A stretch of DNA of 62,915 bases, counting the filler, from Nemertoderma westbladi (Eukaryota; Animalia; Xenacoelomorpha): the NCBI GenBank assembly GCA_032718475.1. It is 4 parts of 4 records of this genome, joined end to end, with 100 filler letters (N's around TTAATTAATTAA, not from the genome) between each part and the next. Parts side by side here need not be neighbours in the genome. Positions count along the whole stretch, not along the records: positions 23,246 to 38,877 come from JAUCBJ010003675.1; positions 38,978 to 56,069 come from JAUCBJ010008816.1; 2 more parts are not named here. The stretch is one strand, 5' to 3'. Positions 36,326 to 50,100 of this stretch are shown in pieces. Numbering within the stretch: the stretch's first letter is position 1; each line of letters starts with the position of its first letter. The translations under genes were made by a program, and so were the position numbers. Below the pieces are notes generated by a model. It was not told the DNA's origin. It worked only from the letters and a program-made list of their open reading frames with translations, and did not search any database.

Positions 36326-36877
36326 ACGTATTACAAGGGAAAAAAAGTATAGAATATTTTTTGCTCGATATTCTCTGGACTCTTTATTAACCTCGCTAGC
36401 ACTCGGTAAATAAAATGCCTCAAGATGAGTGAAAAAATTGTACTTTTTTCCCATGTATTAAATAATTATATTTCACTGTACAGTAGTACTGTAATGTTTT
36501 ACTTTTTTTTCAGCATACAGCTCACACATTAAGAAAATGAAACTAAATTGTTTATCCCTGGACCGCGGTACCAAATTTCGACCAATGCCAAACACCAAAC
36601 ACGTACAGACAGGCTAACAAGGTGTACTGTATGCTAAATGTACTGTACAATGTCAGAATGTGTAAAAAGGAGTTACAGCGTACATTCAGACCGTCTGCGT
36701 CTGTACGGTGTTGTAAACAGTAAATGTAAGTTAGTAAACATTTAGTACAGTAAATAACCTACAGTAAGTACTGTACAGTTCAGTACAGTACAGCCTACAG
36801 CAGTAGGCTAATCCTGTTACTAAACATTAGTATGTAAGATAAAGTAAGCCAGTTACTAAATATTAGAACACACTGTA

Positions 36878-37204
36878 AATATAACCAATATTGGCGGTAA
36901 ATAAAGGACTAGGCCTACCGGTGCTATTCTTAAAAAAAAAAGTAAGCGGAAAACACCCCTTTGGCCTTTCCAGATATTTTCTTGAGGGAAATTCAGATAT
37001 TCAAATGTTTTCCACTCTTGGAATTCTAGCACTTTATCGCTCGTCCTTAAAACTCGTTGACAACTCGTGTAAAACTGAACCAGTGAGCCAATCGAACAGA
37101 TTAGTTGAATTCCGCTAAACTGAAAATGCGTAAAACAAGTGGTGTTTTCCACATTCCTCTTTCTTTCTTTCTTTGTTTACCGCCAATAATGTTGATGGTT
37201 ATAT
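36878..37204. mobile_element. Small element with imperfect inverted termini
   Basis: AATATAACCAATATTGGCGGTAAATAAA versus CTTTGTTTACCGCCAATAATGTTGATGGTTATATT. Confidence 0.5.
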
Positions 37205-38135
37205 TGTATATACAGTATGTTCTACAGTAATATCACGCTCACTGTATCGCACCACCTCTCCTTGGCAGCCTGGTACCCGGTACTACCGCAGGACCGAAGA
37301 GATTGAGAATACCGAAATCTTTCTGTCTTTGTAAAAAGATAGTTACTGCTGTACTGTATGCCGCACTATATCTATATCGACGGCTACCGGCAACCGGGTA
37401 CTTTAATTAATTAATTCTAAAGTTTTAATTTTTTATACAGTTATAAATTTTAAACTATGCGTGCGGCAAGGGCGGCAACTGTTTAATTTTAATTCACTAC
37501 GGTATAAAACATAGCAGCATAATAACCTATACTTTATTGAAATTACACGTGCCACTCAGCTGTTCAGATAATGTACTTACGTGTATTCAATTCATACAGT
37601 ATGAACTGATTTATAATTCCCACTTAAACACTCATCCTTTAGCTTCAACTTGTCGGATTATGCAACAAAACTTCAGATATTCTTTTGCACTTATCGGGGG
37701 TCCCTTCCTCAAAAAATGTAAAGTCAAACAGCAAACTGCAAAGTAACTGTAATTTGCTAATGACAACAGTCTGTAAAGACTGAAACAGTCAGAAACAGTC
37801 AGTATTTAGAATACTGGAATGTAATTGGCTGTGACTGGCTGGCTTGTACATCAACCATCTAGAATGATGACGAGAATTTGAGGGAGTGCAAGAATGCAAG
37901 ATACAGAGATAGTTTATTGAGGTGAAGTGGAAAATGGGAGCAAAATGGGCTAAAATCGCATTCTGCTCTTCCTCCTTCAATATCTAATCTATGTCAGTAC
38001 AGCAGTACAGCAGTATGTCTCAATATCAGAATATCTGAATATGGCTGTCTGCATGTGGTTCTGCAGTTAGGCTTATTATATTGTCTTTTGCCTACCGGTA
38101 TACAGGTATATGTTGCTAAATTTTCAAAACGCAAA

Positions 38136-38423
38136 ATGTACTCAATTTGCCCAAATCGCCGGGTAGCAGCCACCTTTCTGGTTCTTTCAATCGCGACCGG
38201 TAGTCTGACTTTACTGCTTGGATTGTTGGTTGCCAGACCGGGACTGACCGCCTTGCAATTCTCCAAACCAACAACTTGTCAGACGACCTCCAGTAGTGTA
38301 ATCGGAACGCAGACCTGCTCCTGTGGGAAGCGATGTCTCTCGTCCTACCCGTGCGTAAAGATCTCGGTATCTTATGAGATCGGTTCCGAATTAATCGAGA
38401 ACGCATTATTGCACGAAGATCAG
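38136..38423 (+). CDS. First coding exon of a BK-channel beta-subunit-like (KCNMB/CaKB family) protein, partial
   Basis: TM helix followed by TTCQT...CSCGKRCLSSYPCVKISVSY...ALLHED, the Cys and YPCxxxxV pattern of the KCNMB loop. Strong donor CAG|GTAAGC after 38423. The start could instead be an acceptor at about 38105. Confidence 0.7.
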
Positions 38424-38877
38424 GTAAGCTCTGCCCTGCTCTGCTCCGCTCTGACTGCTCTGCTACTGGGAGTGGGAGACAGGTAGGTAGATGGAATACA
38501 TCTGTACATTCATCTGTTCATTACCGGTATTTGTTTGATTGTCCAAGATGTATTATGCTTACACCAGTACACTGTTACATATTCTGATATTTGGAATGTT
38601 TCCATGGCTAGCTATCGCTATCCATAACCATCAGTTCAGTAAGTAGGCCTACTGCAGTATACCAGTACATGGCACATGCACATGGGTGCATAAATCCATC
38701 GTTTAATTAAACGATGGATTTATGTAAACGTTACGAAAATCGTAATTGTTTGTCAGTTTGTTGGCCTAGACAAATAAACTTTACCCAGTTCTGCAATTAC
38801 CGGTACCGGTACCGAAAATTATGCAATCGCGATGTAAATACAGAAATAGGCCTATGTCATAGGCCTAATACAGTAGG

Positions 38878-38977
38878 NNNNNNNNNNNNNNNNNNNNNNN
38901 NNNNNNNNNNNNNNNNNNNNNTTAATTAATTAANNNNNNNNNNNNNNNNNNNNNNNNNNNNNNNNNNNNNNNNNNNN
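38878..38977. other. Artificial contig spacer
   Basis: N44 + TTAATTAATTAA + N44. Confidence 0.98.
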
Positions 38978-39569
38978 ATAACGAGAAATAACCCCGACAC
39001 CCAATATTCTTGATATACCGAAGGTAAGAGAGAAAGGTTAACAATAACGATTGTGACTTATGTTAAAGTGGTTTGAAGTGAATCTAATGTTATTTGGTAG
39101 ACCCTACATGAGTCAGTCTGTGTTCCTTTTATATGTGACTAAAATCAGTGAAGATTGGCAGATTAGTGTGCAGTATTGTGCAGCATTGTGTACGAGTGAG
39201 TCTGTTAAAGAAGCATTTCCTAAAGAATGCGCCATATATGTTAATTATAATTAAGCCATATCGTTGTGAGTAGTTTAAGTCATAACTCTGTTTATATAGA
39301 TAAAGCGCCATGTCCTAAAGGAACTGTTAATATTCCCGAAGGTAAATAATATTGTCAGAGATTATATAATACTGTCAGTCGAATAATACATTAGGCTTAC
39401 ATAGCAATAAAATTAAACCGTCGAACCCAATCTCCCGGGAATATCCAGCGGGTGAATGGTCGCGCACGGATTGGTTTCGACTAGTGTAGTGAATCAAATA
39501 CTTGTCATAGGCTAAAAAGCGATTTAATATCTAGAAGACATCTTAATTTGGCGGGTTAAACTGCCAAAG

Positions 39570-41978
39570 GTCTGAAAGCGCGAACAGTGGTTCCCTTGAT
39601 GTGGGAGATAGTTACTTGGGCCTGGCTAGTGATAAATAGAAAGGTTGACAGGCGGGGACTGTTGGAGTAAGCGCCGCGGGATGGCTTTTTGTATACCTCA
39701 ACGCAGGGTTTACTGCCAGTGAGGACATGCAACTGCTTGGAGGAGCTAATGAAATACGGGAGGAAGTGTTGTACTGTGGCAGCAATGGCGAGCACTTCTA
39801 ACTCGCATGGGAGCCAGGTACACTGGTGGGCCTTTAGCTTGGCAGAGTAAAAGGAGAGGAGGAGTTCCTTACCACGTTTAGAATACAACACTGCACCTAG
39901 GCCATCAACGGATGATGAGGCGTCTGTAACGAGGAAGAGTTCGTCACTGGGACGCAGGATGGTGATGGACCGGCATGACTGGATGGCGGCTTAGGAGCGG
40001 TGGAAGACTACGCTAAGCTCGGGCAACGAAGCGACAGAAACGCCGGGTTTGGGTGTAAGGAGGGACTCTAGTGGGGCCACGAGTGAGGAGCAGCGTGGGA
40101 GGATGCGGGCGAGAATCTTGTAAGATCCTAGGTATGAACGGAGATCCCAAACTGTGGCTGGGATGGGACACTGGGACAATGCGGACGTGATGTGGGTGAA
40201 TGCGGATAACGAACCGTTGGACCATGACCAACCGAGGATGGTGTTTTTCTGAGGGCAGATAAACGTCTTCTTGGCGGATAGGCGTAAGTCGGCACGATGG
40301 AGGGCGCGGTGGAGCTGTGTGAAGTTCGCGAGGAGTTCGGGGATGGTGTTGCCGCCGCAATATATGTCGTCGGCGAGTTTGACGACGGATCCCTGGACGA
40401 GAAGGTCGACATAAGTTCCTCGAGTGCGGTTTCGCTGCCGGGCATGCCCATGGTACAGCACCTGTACATGCGCACGCAGTGGAAGGCAGTGGATACTCCG
40501 CAGAAGCGCATCGACTCGCGTTGGAGAGGAATCTGTTAGAAGGCGCTGGTGAGATCCGCTTTGACGAGGTATTTAAACCATCCGAGGGAACGGATGGTTG
40601 ACTCGATGTTGGGGAGGAACGCAGGTTGGGGTTTACAATAGCGTGCGATCTCGGTAAATGCAGTTACCAACTGGGAGCCACCATTGGGTTTGGTGAAGAG
40701 GAAGCTCGAGTTGAGTTATTCGATGGTGATGCCGGCGAGCTCGGGGCAGATGAAAACGCCGAGGCGTTCGAGTGAATCGAACTGTTCTTGGAGTTCTACG
40801 AGGCGATTGCGGATGTATTGCGGGATGTGACCTTTGTGCTGTGGGGGAAACGTGGGAGAAACGTTGACGACAGCCTCGAACAGACCGGCAGAGCCATTGT
40901 AGCCAGGATATTGAGGGTCAAACACGGCCACATATTGTTCCAGTATATCGTGGAAGGAGGCGCATACCCGGTGGGTGAGGATGTTGTTGGGATCTAGTTG
41001 GGACTAGGTCGTACGGCCACTACATTGACCAAGGGATCGGAGGTCGGTGTTGGGACTGGATTGGGGTCATCCTCGGGTTGATCACCGAACATGGAGGAGG
41101 CATGCTCGAGATTTGAAACGCTTGTCGGCGGGAGGGAGGAAGGGGCAACTGCTGAGGAAGTGGTTGGTACTTGAAATTTTCGTCTGTGTGCACAGGGGGC
41201 ACCGGCTCGTAGATTGGCTGGAACTGCCAGTTGCGGGTGGTGGCGGTGGTCGCCGGGTCTGAGCATGGAAAGTGCAGACTTTGGCCGTGGTATGGGGTTC
41301 GTCCAACAGCGGGGAAAGCACTTGAAAAACCTCAGGCTTTATGCTTGCCAGGGTTCGGGAACGAAGTTCGGTCCCGTATCATTACTGGATGAGTCCTGGG
41401 AGATTCAGATGGATCAGACGAAACCAAACTAAGACGATAAAGTTCTCAAGGGTACGGGAAAGCTCTTCATCCTCGGGAGGGATGATGCCGTGGTGGGCGA
41501 TTCCATCATCCTGGCGGAGGAGGCTATCATCTACAAATGCTGAGAGACATTGGAACAAGTCCTCGGGGCGTTCCTCGTGATGCAAGGTGATCTTGCTGAA
41601 CGCCTGGAATCCGTAGTGGAGGCAGATAGCCTGCCAGATGGAAGGCAAGGTGGTAGAGTCGCGGACTATGGTGTTGCGGGCGATGATAGGGGCGTAGTTC
41701 GCCACCTGGCCCAGCATCAATTCTAGGGTGGCAGCCTTCTGTACTACAGTGTGGCGTGCAGCCTCGGCGACGGTGTGCAGATCGTTGGTGAACCCGCGGA
41801 GTGGAGCGGCGTGGGAGTGACGCAGCCATGTGGCACCAGGCGCGGTAAACTGGCTGAACTGGGGTTGAAGTGTGAGAGAGTACATGAGGTTGTGCCGCCA
41901 CACCTCGATCGAATTAATTGTCTCGGATTTATCTAGTAGTAAGATTTTGGGAGGCTTTAACACTCCGGTAAACGCCAT
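39570..41978 (-). mobile_element. Decayed Ty3/Gypsy LTR retrotransposon (gag, RT, RNase H; no integrase visible)
   Basis: gag ORF 41382-41978 and CPLC..H...C knuckle near 41150-41200; RT motifs [36 protein letters not shown]; RNase H TDAS...LGAVLY...PCELEVLAIA. Many stops, frameshifts and deletions. Confidence 0.92.
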
Positions 41979-42712
41979 GCTGTGTGCAAGTGGTCAGGTG
42001 AGAGATCTGCTGCTATGGTGAGAAGAACGAGGGGGGAGATGGAAAACAACGATGCCACCACGCCAGAAGTAAGGCAAGACGGGGAAGTCTCGTGGTAAGG
42101 GTGAACGGGAATAACGAGGTGAATTTGACTGTGACGTGTACATAATATAATATCATATATATATATAACGCAACGGAACAATTGCGTATAGCAGCAGACC
42201 CTAACTAGGTAATGCAGTGCGGCTACGGTAGGATGTAGGTAACACAGTGCAGCTATGGTACCAGCAGCTGTGCAGTCGGCAGGTACCGGTCGTGTGCCGA
42301 CGTGCACACCCTGCACCGTGTACTGACACACTGTATGTCAGGCCGATCGTCAGGCCATGTGAGACAGACAGACGGTAGGTCCTTACTGGCTGGCGCAAGG
42401 TGGCATTTTCTACAACACATTTCATACGTTTTGATGTAGTTTTATTGTGAAAAATGCTCTTCTGTAACATGGGTCACATAAAAGTGAGAAATAATTTCAC
42501 ATAAATTATTACATTTACGAATTCATTAAATTATTTATTTTCTTTAAAATATCCCCTTTATTGTCCGCAAAAGTGCGGACAATAAAGACTTTAATGTACA
42601 CATTTGCGGAAAATAAAGTAATTATCCAATCAATCTTTCAAAAATCTAATCCTAGAAAAAATGGCAACAGTTCCGTATACTGTAGCACTACATTTCTATA
42701 ACATAAATCATT

Positions 42713-42726
42713 GTTACCATGGCAAC
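42713..42726. promoter_or_regulatory. RFX X-box-like palindrome
   Basis: GTTACCATGGCAAC matches the GTNRCC-AT-GGYAAC consensus. It lies in repeat-like DNA and function is unknown. Confidence 0.3.
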
Positions 42727-42921
42727 ATTGCAAAGTTCTAGAACAAAATATAAATATTATACACACTATTCTAGAACATAAATATAATAAAAAATATAAT
42801 GTTCTAGAATAGATAGCTAGTTGTTTTTGAAATTTAAAATTACTAGTAATTAAATTATTTTTTTTTAAATAATTAATAATTAAAATATGTTCTACGTTTT
42901 TTTCCCATGTAATACGTAATT

Positions 42922-43400
42922 TTATTCTTAAATTGTTACTTTTTGTTGCTTCATTCTTTAATAAAACCTACAGCGATATAGTGGTACGAAATAAATTGAA
43001 CTATAGTATTTTACTATATTGCTTCCATAGTTACTGCAATTCAAATTATTGTACTCTTCAATTGCTGATGCTGCCTTATTCAATGTTAAATAATTTAGTG
43101 TTCTCGAATATTTATTACGTAACTAGAGAGCCGCTTAACAACATAAACCAATATTGGATATTGAGTTCCATTTTGGAGTACGCCGCGCAGACACTAAATT
43201 TGCCATAACCTATGAGTGCATGCATGGATTTTGCTCAAATTACGTGCAAACCTTTTCTACGTCAATGCTATTTCAACATATTTAATAAAATTTAGGATAT
43301 TCCATCAAAAATCTTTAATTTTACTTTTTTCGCCGGGAAAAAAAGTTAAATCAATGCAATCCTATGGGTTACTTTTTTTTCTCTAGGGTAAAAAGTGCAT
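42922..43400 (-). repeat. Dispersed repeat family copy B
   Basis: Reverse complement of blocks in 35596-36325. Confidence 0.85.
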
Positions 43401-43677
43401 CGGCACTAGTGTGTTATAGCTACACCCCCCCCCCCCCCCCCCCCCCAATTTTTATTACTACTTTCTTTCCCTCTTTTGGTCTAAATTCAAGCGATTTATT
43501 CGTAACAATTTACGAATAAAATTATATATATCGAATTAGTAACAAATTCTCTAGAAGATGGCTGTTTCTAAATTTATATAAATATAATATATGTATGAAA
43601 AATAAAATCCGGTTTTGAGACGCTCTTTAGCAACTTTACAAATTTTCGTGTTTACCGTAAACCTTATTAATGCTATA

Positions 43678-44350
43678 CACCATGTCCTGGAATATAGTGT
43701 CGTTATTCAGGTACATCCCCCCCCCCCCCCCCCCCCCCCCCCTATATGTAACATAATCTGAATTTCGTTGAAAAATAGCTGAGATGTGAACGTTCCAAAG
43801 TTGCATGGTTTTGCATCTGTATGGGGCTATTAAATAAAAATACCATATTCTAGAACATTTTGTTTATTTATGAATAGCTACTTAATCGCATAATTAAAGA
43901 GGTATTGCATTGTTGCCCAGCTACGTATGGGTTAAACAAAATGTTCTAGAATATGGTACATTTATTAATTAGAATAAATGGCCTGCAGGGGAAGCAAATA
44001 CATGCAACATTCGAATGCCCATATATCAGCTATTTCCTAACCAAATTCAAATGTTTTTACATATTAGGAATGCTTGCATGGACAGATTTTTATTGGCAAA
44101 TCACTAAAAGGTTGAAGAATGATTGCACTGTGACCTGTGAAATATCGCCGGAGACACATTTTTCAAACACTTGTGGCTAAAGATTGAAAGCAAAAATAAA
44201 AATGCTGGGTCACCCAGTCAGTGGTCGGGAGGTGAAACTATCTCTGTTTCAAATTTCATGCAATCTCATTAAGATTTGTAGAAAAATTTGGGAGGGGGGG
44301 GGGGGGGGGGCAGTTACCTGAATAACGACACTATATTCCGGGACATGGTT
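43678..44350. mobile_element. MITE with TA flanks (Tc1/mariner-like)
   Basis: TIR CACCATGTCCTGGAATATAGTGTCGTTATTCAGGTA + C-run / G-run + TACCTGAATAACGACACTATATTCCGGGACATGGTT, with TA on both sides. Confidence 0.85.
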
Positions 44351-44577
44351 TATTTGTAATATAATTATAGCTAATTTTTTTTACACAAAATATTATTAAA
44401 TTTAAATTATTCTGTAGTTTCTTAGCAACCTCGCTAGCTGTAGGCCTATACAGTATTTGTAGGCTAGGTGGGATAAATATTTCTCCATTTGACGCAACAC
44501 CGCCGCGGCCGCTATGAGGGAGGTGAATACCGCGGCCGCTCCTAAAGCCGCAGGCCATCGCTAACTATATTGGTTAA

Positions 44578-47143
44578 CTTGGGATTCTGGGGGACTTTTC
44601 GATGAAGGAACAGACCAAATTTTTTTATTTTCTCACCAAGGGAGCGGCTCGGAATTCTAAGATATTAGCAACTCTAACATTATTAAATCTAACCCTTCGA
44701 CGGACACGGCGGACAAAAATCCGTCATTTTTTCGACAATTTTAAAATTTTTTTGAAAGGCGCTCTACAGTGGCTCGAAAAAACCCTAGGTTATTGCTTAG
44801 CCGACGCCGGGATACGATAGAAGGGATTAATTAGTGAATTCGTTTTTTTTTTCAAAAAAGATTACCACGCCTTTTTTCCGAAAATGTCCGTCAAAGTTGA
44901 AAAAACGGACAAAATGACTTTGCGGGATCCGCTATAACTCGGCTAATATTAATCGTACGGGGACGAAAGTAACGCGGTTGGAAAGGGGAAGAGTGGTACT
45001 ACCTTCGTATCGAATGGGGGTAAGATATTTATTAAAATTTCGGGTGGAAAAAGGGGCTGTAAATTTGTACGTTTTTGTCCGTCTTTTTTGGAAAACTTAT
45101 TTCCGAAATGTTTAATTCGACAACGCGGGTAGGAATCCACTAATTCTTTTATGAAACTCGTAGAAGACCATTGGGGCTACGTTCCTATCGAATGGGGGTA
45201 CAAAAAATATGTCGGCAATAGGGGCCAAAAAGGGCCAGAATTTGTAAAGTAGTTTTTATCGAATAATTTTTTATTTTTAACTTTAGTTGGTTAAGGTACA
45301 TTCTATAGAGTCAATATCCATACGGGGAATTCAAATATGCTATCGGTTTTGCTCCAAGGATGATATTAAAAAAATGAGGGCCAAAATTATAATTTCGCGC
45401 TTCAAACTTGCTTCGCGGGAAATCGTCTAGCTCGAAAACTACTTAACTTACGGGAGATTTGTTTACACAGACTTATAGTGCGTTAAATTATCTATCTAAC
45501 AGCGTTAATCACAGCGCCGGAGGTATTATAAAACTGGAGCGGCAGGCGATCGTGTGAAATATAATATTTACAAAAAGGGACGAAAAATTTTTTTTTTAAC
45601 AAATCGCTATTCCATTATAATTTAGCGTATTGCGCCAAAAGTACCTGTAAAAAGTATCAAATTAACTCCGCTATCTTTTATCTTAACATATATAATTAAA
45701 ATTACGAATTTTAAGGGTCGAAAAATATCGCGTTATTTTGGCCCTTTTTTTTAATTTTTTTGGGGCCAAAAATAACCCCTTCTCAAAAGATTAAGAAAAA
45801 AATTACGGCAAAGAATATACCAATTTTATTGAATTTGGACCACCAGAACCGAAGTTAGAGCGATTTTAGTGAAAAAATAAAAATAATTTTTTTTGCAAAA
45901 AAATTAAGAATGGTCAGGTCAATATTGGATTTCGTACCCGCGAACTTAGGTTTCATTAACGTGATTGATAACCACTAGACTATGTGACCAAGAGAATATG
46001 AAATTTTCGAGTGACTATTTTTAAACATAAATAACTTCGGTTCTACAGGGCCGTTTAATCTGAAACTTTTTTCATTGGATAGAGGATAGATTGTAGTGTG
46101 TGAAATAGGATACAACTTGGGAAAAGACTTATGTGCACTTAGTGCAAAATGCACTTAAATAGTGAACATTTTTTCGATATTTCAAACACTGTTATTTCCA
46201 GTTCTATTCATCGTAGAATATTATTTTTTGGATTAAAATGTAGTTTGGAATGATTTCTAACTATAATCGTAACATTTGTTTAACTTTTTATGTCTATAAA
46301 GTGACTTAAAAATGTCCATGAATATGGTCCAAAATCGCAAATCCAGATTTATTAAATTGGATTTTTGACACTTTTAGCGACTGACACTTGATCATACACC
46401 ATCGTAGATCGGTAGAGGATAAACATAAGTTTGTTAAATAAGAGCCACCATTACGATCTGCTAAAGTGCACTTGTACAAATAAGTGTGCAAAAGTGCAAA
46501 TTTTTTAATAAGGTCAAATTATATAGTATATATTGGGTTCTTTTCTTTGCAGATACTTTATTTTCATATTAATATGTTGTTTGAACCTTACTGAGCGCAT
46601 TAGGGGATATGCGTACAAATAACCGGCCCTTATGAGGCTTCGATTGGGTAAATTAATAAAACATAAGGTTGTATAGTATAATATTCTAAAAACCAGTGTG
46701 ATATTAAATGCACTTTAAATAATAAATAGAAATCAAATAACAATTGGACCACACAATTAAAAACTCGCACAATTTTGTACTTATTATATCGCTTCAAATT
46801 AATTCAACAGTGGATATTTGGGGGAAGGGGGAAGTTACAGTGTGCATTCGGGGGAAGTTTGGTGAACTGCATTTATGCAGTGAATCCAAACTTCCCCCTT
46901 TGATATATCATATACTTAGAGATGCTAGGGTGACGGGGAAATATTTGTTACTGTCACACTTTGCTTCCATTTATCCTATCCTTTATTATTACCCCAGTCA
47001 GATAAGAGATAATAAATCAGTAAAAACTAAACTAAACTGTCTTTCATGCAAACAAATTTCTAACTAAAGACGGGTGAATGACCATGACCATGGAAATAAT
47101 TTTAAATATAATTGTATATCAACTATTTGGGGAGGCTTCCAAG
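44578..47143. mobile_element. Possible TTAA-flanked non-autonomous DNA element
   Basis: TTAA|CTTGGGA... and ...TTCCAAG|TTAA. The interior is non-coding and A/T-tract rich like MITE bodies, but the TIR is very short, so boundaries are weak. Confidence 0.25.
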
Positions 47144-50100
47144 TTAAACCCGAAAACAATTATTTTGTTACATAGTAAACAACGTTGTATGTTCTTCTTC
47201 CTCTCATAATAAAATATAAATGAAATATCTCAGATAGCCATGCCCTGTAACATTTCACAACCAAAATATTTAAGTGTGAAAAGTGTAGGCCTTCCACACT
47301 CCACCCAAACAACCGCAAACGCATAGCCAACAAATTTAACAAAAGGTTACATACATGTTGGGTTCATGACGAGATGAGTGAAAATTGATCGCGTAATATA
47401 AAGTAAAAAATTAAGAGACGGGCTGGCTCTCCTCCACTTTCTTACCCAATGGATATGTTGTTGTAATAATCTAATATTGGGGCGGCTTTCTCTCGTTTTA
47501 AATTATAAATAAATTATAAAGTTTTAAATTGTATTATTATTGTCGTTCAGCAAAAAATGGTCCTATATTTGGCCTTGTACTGTAGACATTAATTACTAGA
47601 GAAGATCAAAACCGCATTCACACTGTGAGGAACAGCGCAGAGTTGAAGAGAGAGAGACTGGGGAAGACTGCGCCTGTTCGGGTCTTATCGAAGTGAGAGG
47701 GCTTATTTGACACCTCCCGTTAGCGTGTGATGAAGGGGACTGTATGTATGGGGTGGGGAGTTTAGAAGAAAACGAAGGTTGAAATCAATGAAAACTGCCG
47801 GAACTATATATCATATCGTTATAATCAGTAATCAGTTAGAAGTTAAAAGATATTACAGAAATTGCAGAAAATACAGAAATACTATTTACAGATAAAAATG
47901 CCGCTAAAGAGATAAAAACTTTTATTGTTGTAAAAGTCAGGGGCTTCCGCAAGCAGAGGGTGAAGAAGGTAAGGAAAGTGAGAAAACACACCCTTTTATA
48001 GCCAGACATTATGCAAATCGGGATCGGAACGTTCTGAATGCTGATTGCTCGTAGCTCGTCCCTAATTGGTCGGAGCTACTGGTTGGCCAAACAGTTACGT
48101 TCCGATCCTATTGCACCTATGGGCTTGCGAGGGCAGGAGGTCAATGACATGGGTCATGTGACTTACAAACGTATCAGCGTTTGGCAAACCAAACGAGATC
48201 CCACAGGACAACCTATACGTTTCGATTCTAATTACAAAGCAAATGTGCGTGTGAGACGCATATGAGATCCCACTGAACAAACATAACAGGAGATTATTCA
48301 CAACACCACCCTTGAGTGGACATCTTGGTGAAGAATAATGTACGCCAGTTCTGTTTGCATAATTGAGCAAGGTTTGGTGCCCAGAGTTAAAAAAATAAAA
48401 AACGAAAATATTTCGCTGACCCTTTTTAAAATTATTTAATAATTTAATTATTAATATTTTAAATATATTTCTGTATATTAAAATATAAATATTTAGGTCT
48501 ATTTTTTTTAGGTTTATTTATAAATAAAACACTAAAAATAAAATATGAACTGTATTATTAATAATATTAAATTCAGTAATATTAAATTAATTATTTAAAT
48601 AAATGATTAAATAAATATGACTATATATGGAATACGAATATGATACGGACTAAATAATTATGTTGTTACATGTACTTATATTTTATTTATATATATATAT
48701 TATATATATATTATATTATATACTTACCTATATTATTATCAACGTGAAGGATATAATCAGTTGTCATGTCTTTTCTTCCTTTTCTTCTTAGGACAATTGA
48801 TCTTGGGAACGGGTTTGGCGTTCTTTCGGCCAGGTGACTTTATGTCATCAACGTTCCTCGTCGATCTGTTGATGACCCAAACGATGGAGATCAAGAGCAT
48901 TAGAAGGCGCAGGAGAGGAGACGAATCACCCACCGGTAGACATACAGTACCAGGTTGGGTTTCATTTAGAGCGACCTCTAACTCTTCAGTCGGCACCGCG
49001 CTTCGACGCAGTGTCGTACGTTTAGATTCTTCTATTAATGCTCGCTTGGCAGGTTCGTTTGAGTCGCTGCCAATGGATTCGTTTACCCGAGGCAGGATCG
49101 ATGGTACAGTAGGTAGTTCCGCAACAGCTGCTCCCATAGCTTGTCGAGTGATTGCCGCCGACGTTGGGTCTGTGTAGATGTCGGGACCACGAATTCGTGG
49201 GTGAGGAATTTCCCAGGTTTCACCACTCTTTTCGGTAATTCCGAAAGATCGCAGGAACAATTTCGCATTTAAATGCGACGTTATTTGGAACGAGCAGATC
49301 TTTCAAAGTAAATCCCTCTCAGGTGTGAATGTCAGCTGTTAAGGCATCCAGCAGGCATCTACTCTCCCTCGTGAAAACCGAATCCATCCTAGTCAAGGGA
49401 GGGACATCCAACCTGTAAATAATCGCCAGGTTGTCGACCGAACTTCCTAACCAAATCCTAGTCATTCTCTAACAAATTTATCTGTACCCGTTTTTGGGGA
49501 TCGAAACGTAATCTGCTGTCTTTACAGCACTCTGTCCAACCTCCTTCTAGCAGGAAGGTTGGCAGGCCCTCTTAGGATCGAAACGTAACTAACTGGCCAC
49601 TCAGCAGTCTCCTTGGCGGCCCAATCAGGACGCTTCCTGGGAAGGTATTTGAGAAGCTGCTCGCCACTTTTTCTTCACTTCCAAGTCGACAACCCTTTCC
49701 TTGTGCAAACCCCTGCTTCAAAGTTTAGTAATTTAAATGTTTCCTCTTCTATTTCCTTATTATTCATCGAATTATTAAAAATAAACTATAAGTTATCGCT
49801 TTCACTCAAAATTAACTTTTTCAACCTTCACCTTAAGAAATCTCTTCTACCTCTACTTTGGGAGCCGTCACGTCGTTGCACTCCCTTCGGCAACTGGGAT
49901 TCTAAAATCGAAGGACTCTCTGCATCTCTCAACGCCCAGTTCGCCATACAACCAGTCCATTCACCCCTTCACGCACAGCAGGAGTCAATCCTTGGTCCGG
50001 ATAATCCAATCCATCCCTTAACCCAACATAATCTCCCCCTACACTCCCTCCCAGAACAGTACAATGACCTCACCGGCTCCACAGGGACAAGTCAACTATT

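Noticed and set aside
38424-38486. C-terminal VSSALLCSALTALLLGVGDR as a second TM of the KCNMB-like protein
   Set aside because: It begins at a consensus GTAAGC donor and is most likely intron read-through.
42250-42265. Gypsy primer-binding site and LTR boundary (TGGTACCATAGC on the minus strand)
   Set aside because: Only a loose tRNA-Met-like match, not preceded by a clear LTR end, and there is no second LTR to confirm it.
49495-49590. Hammerhead ribozymes at the two CGAAACGT motifs
   Set aside because: No upstream CTGANGA box or helix II. The CGAAACGT repeats at 16845-16930 are MITE subterminal repeats.
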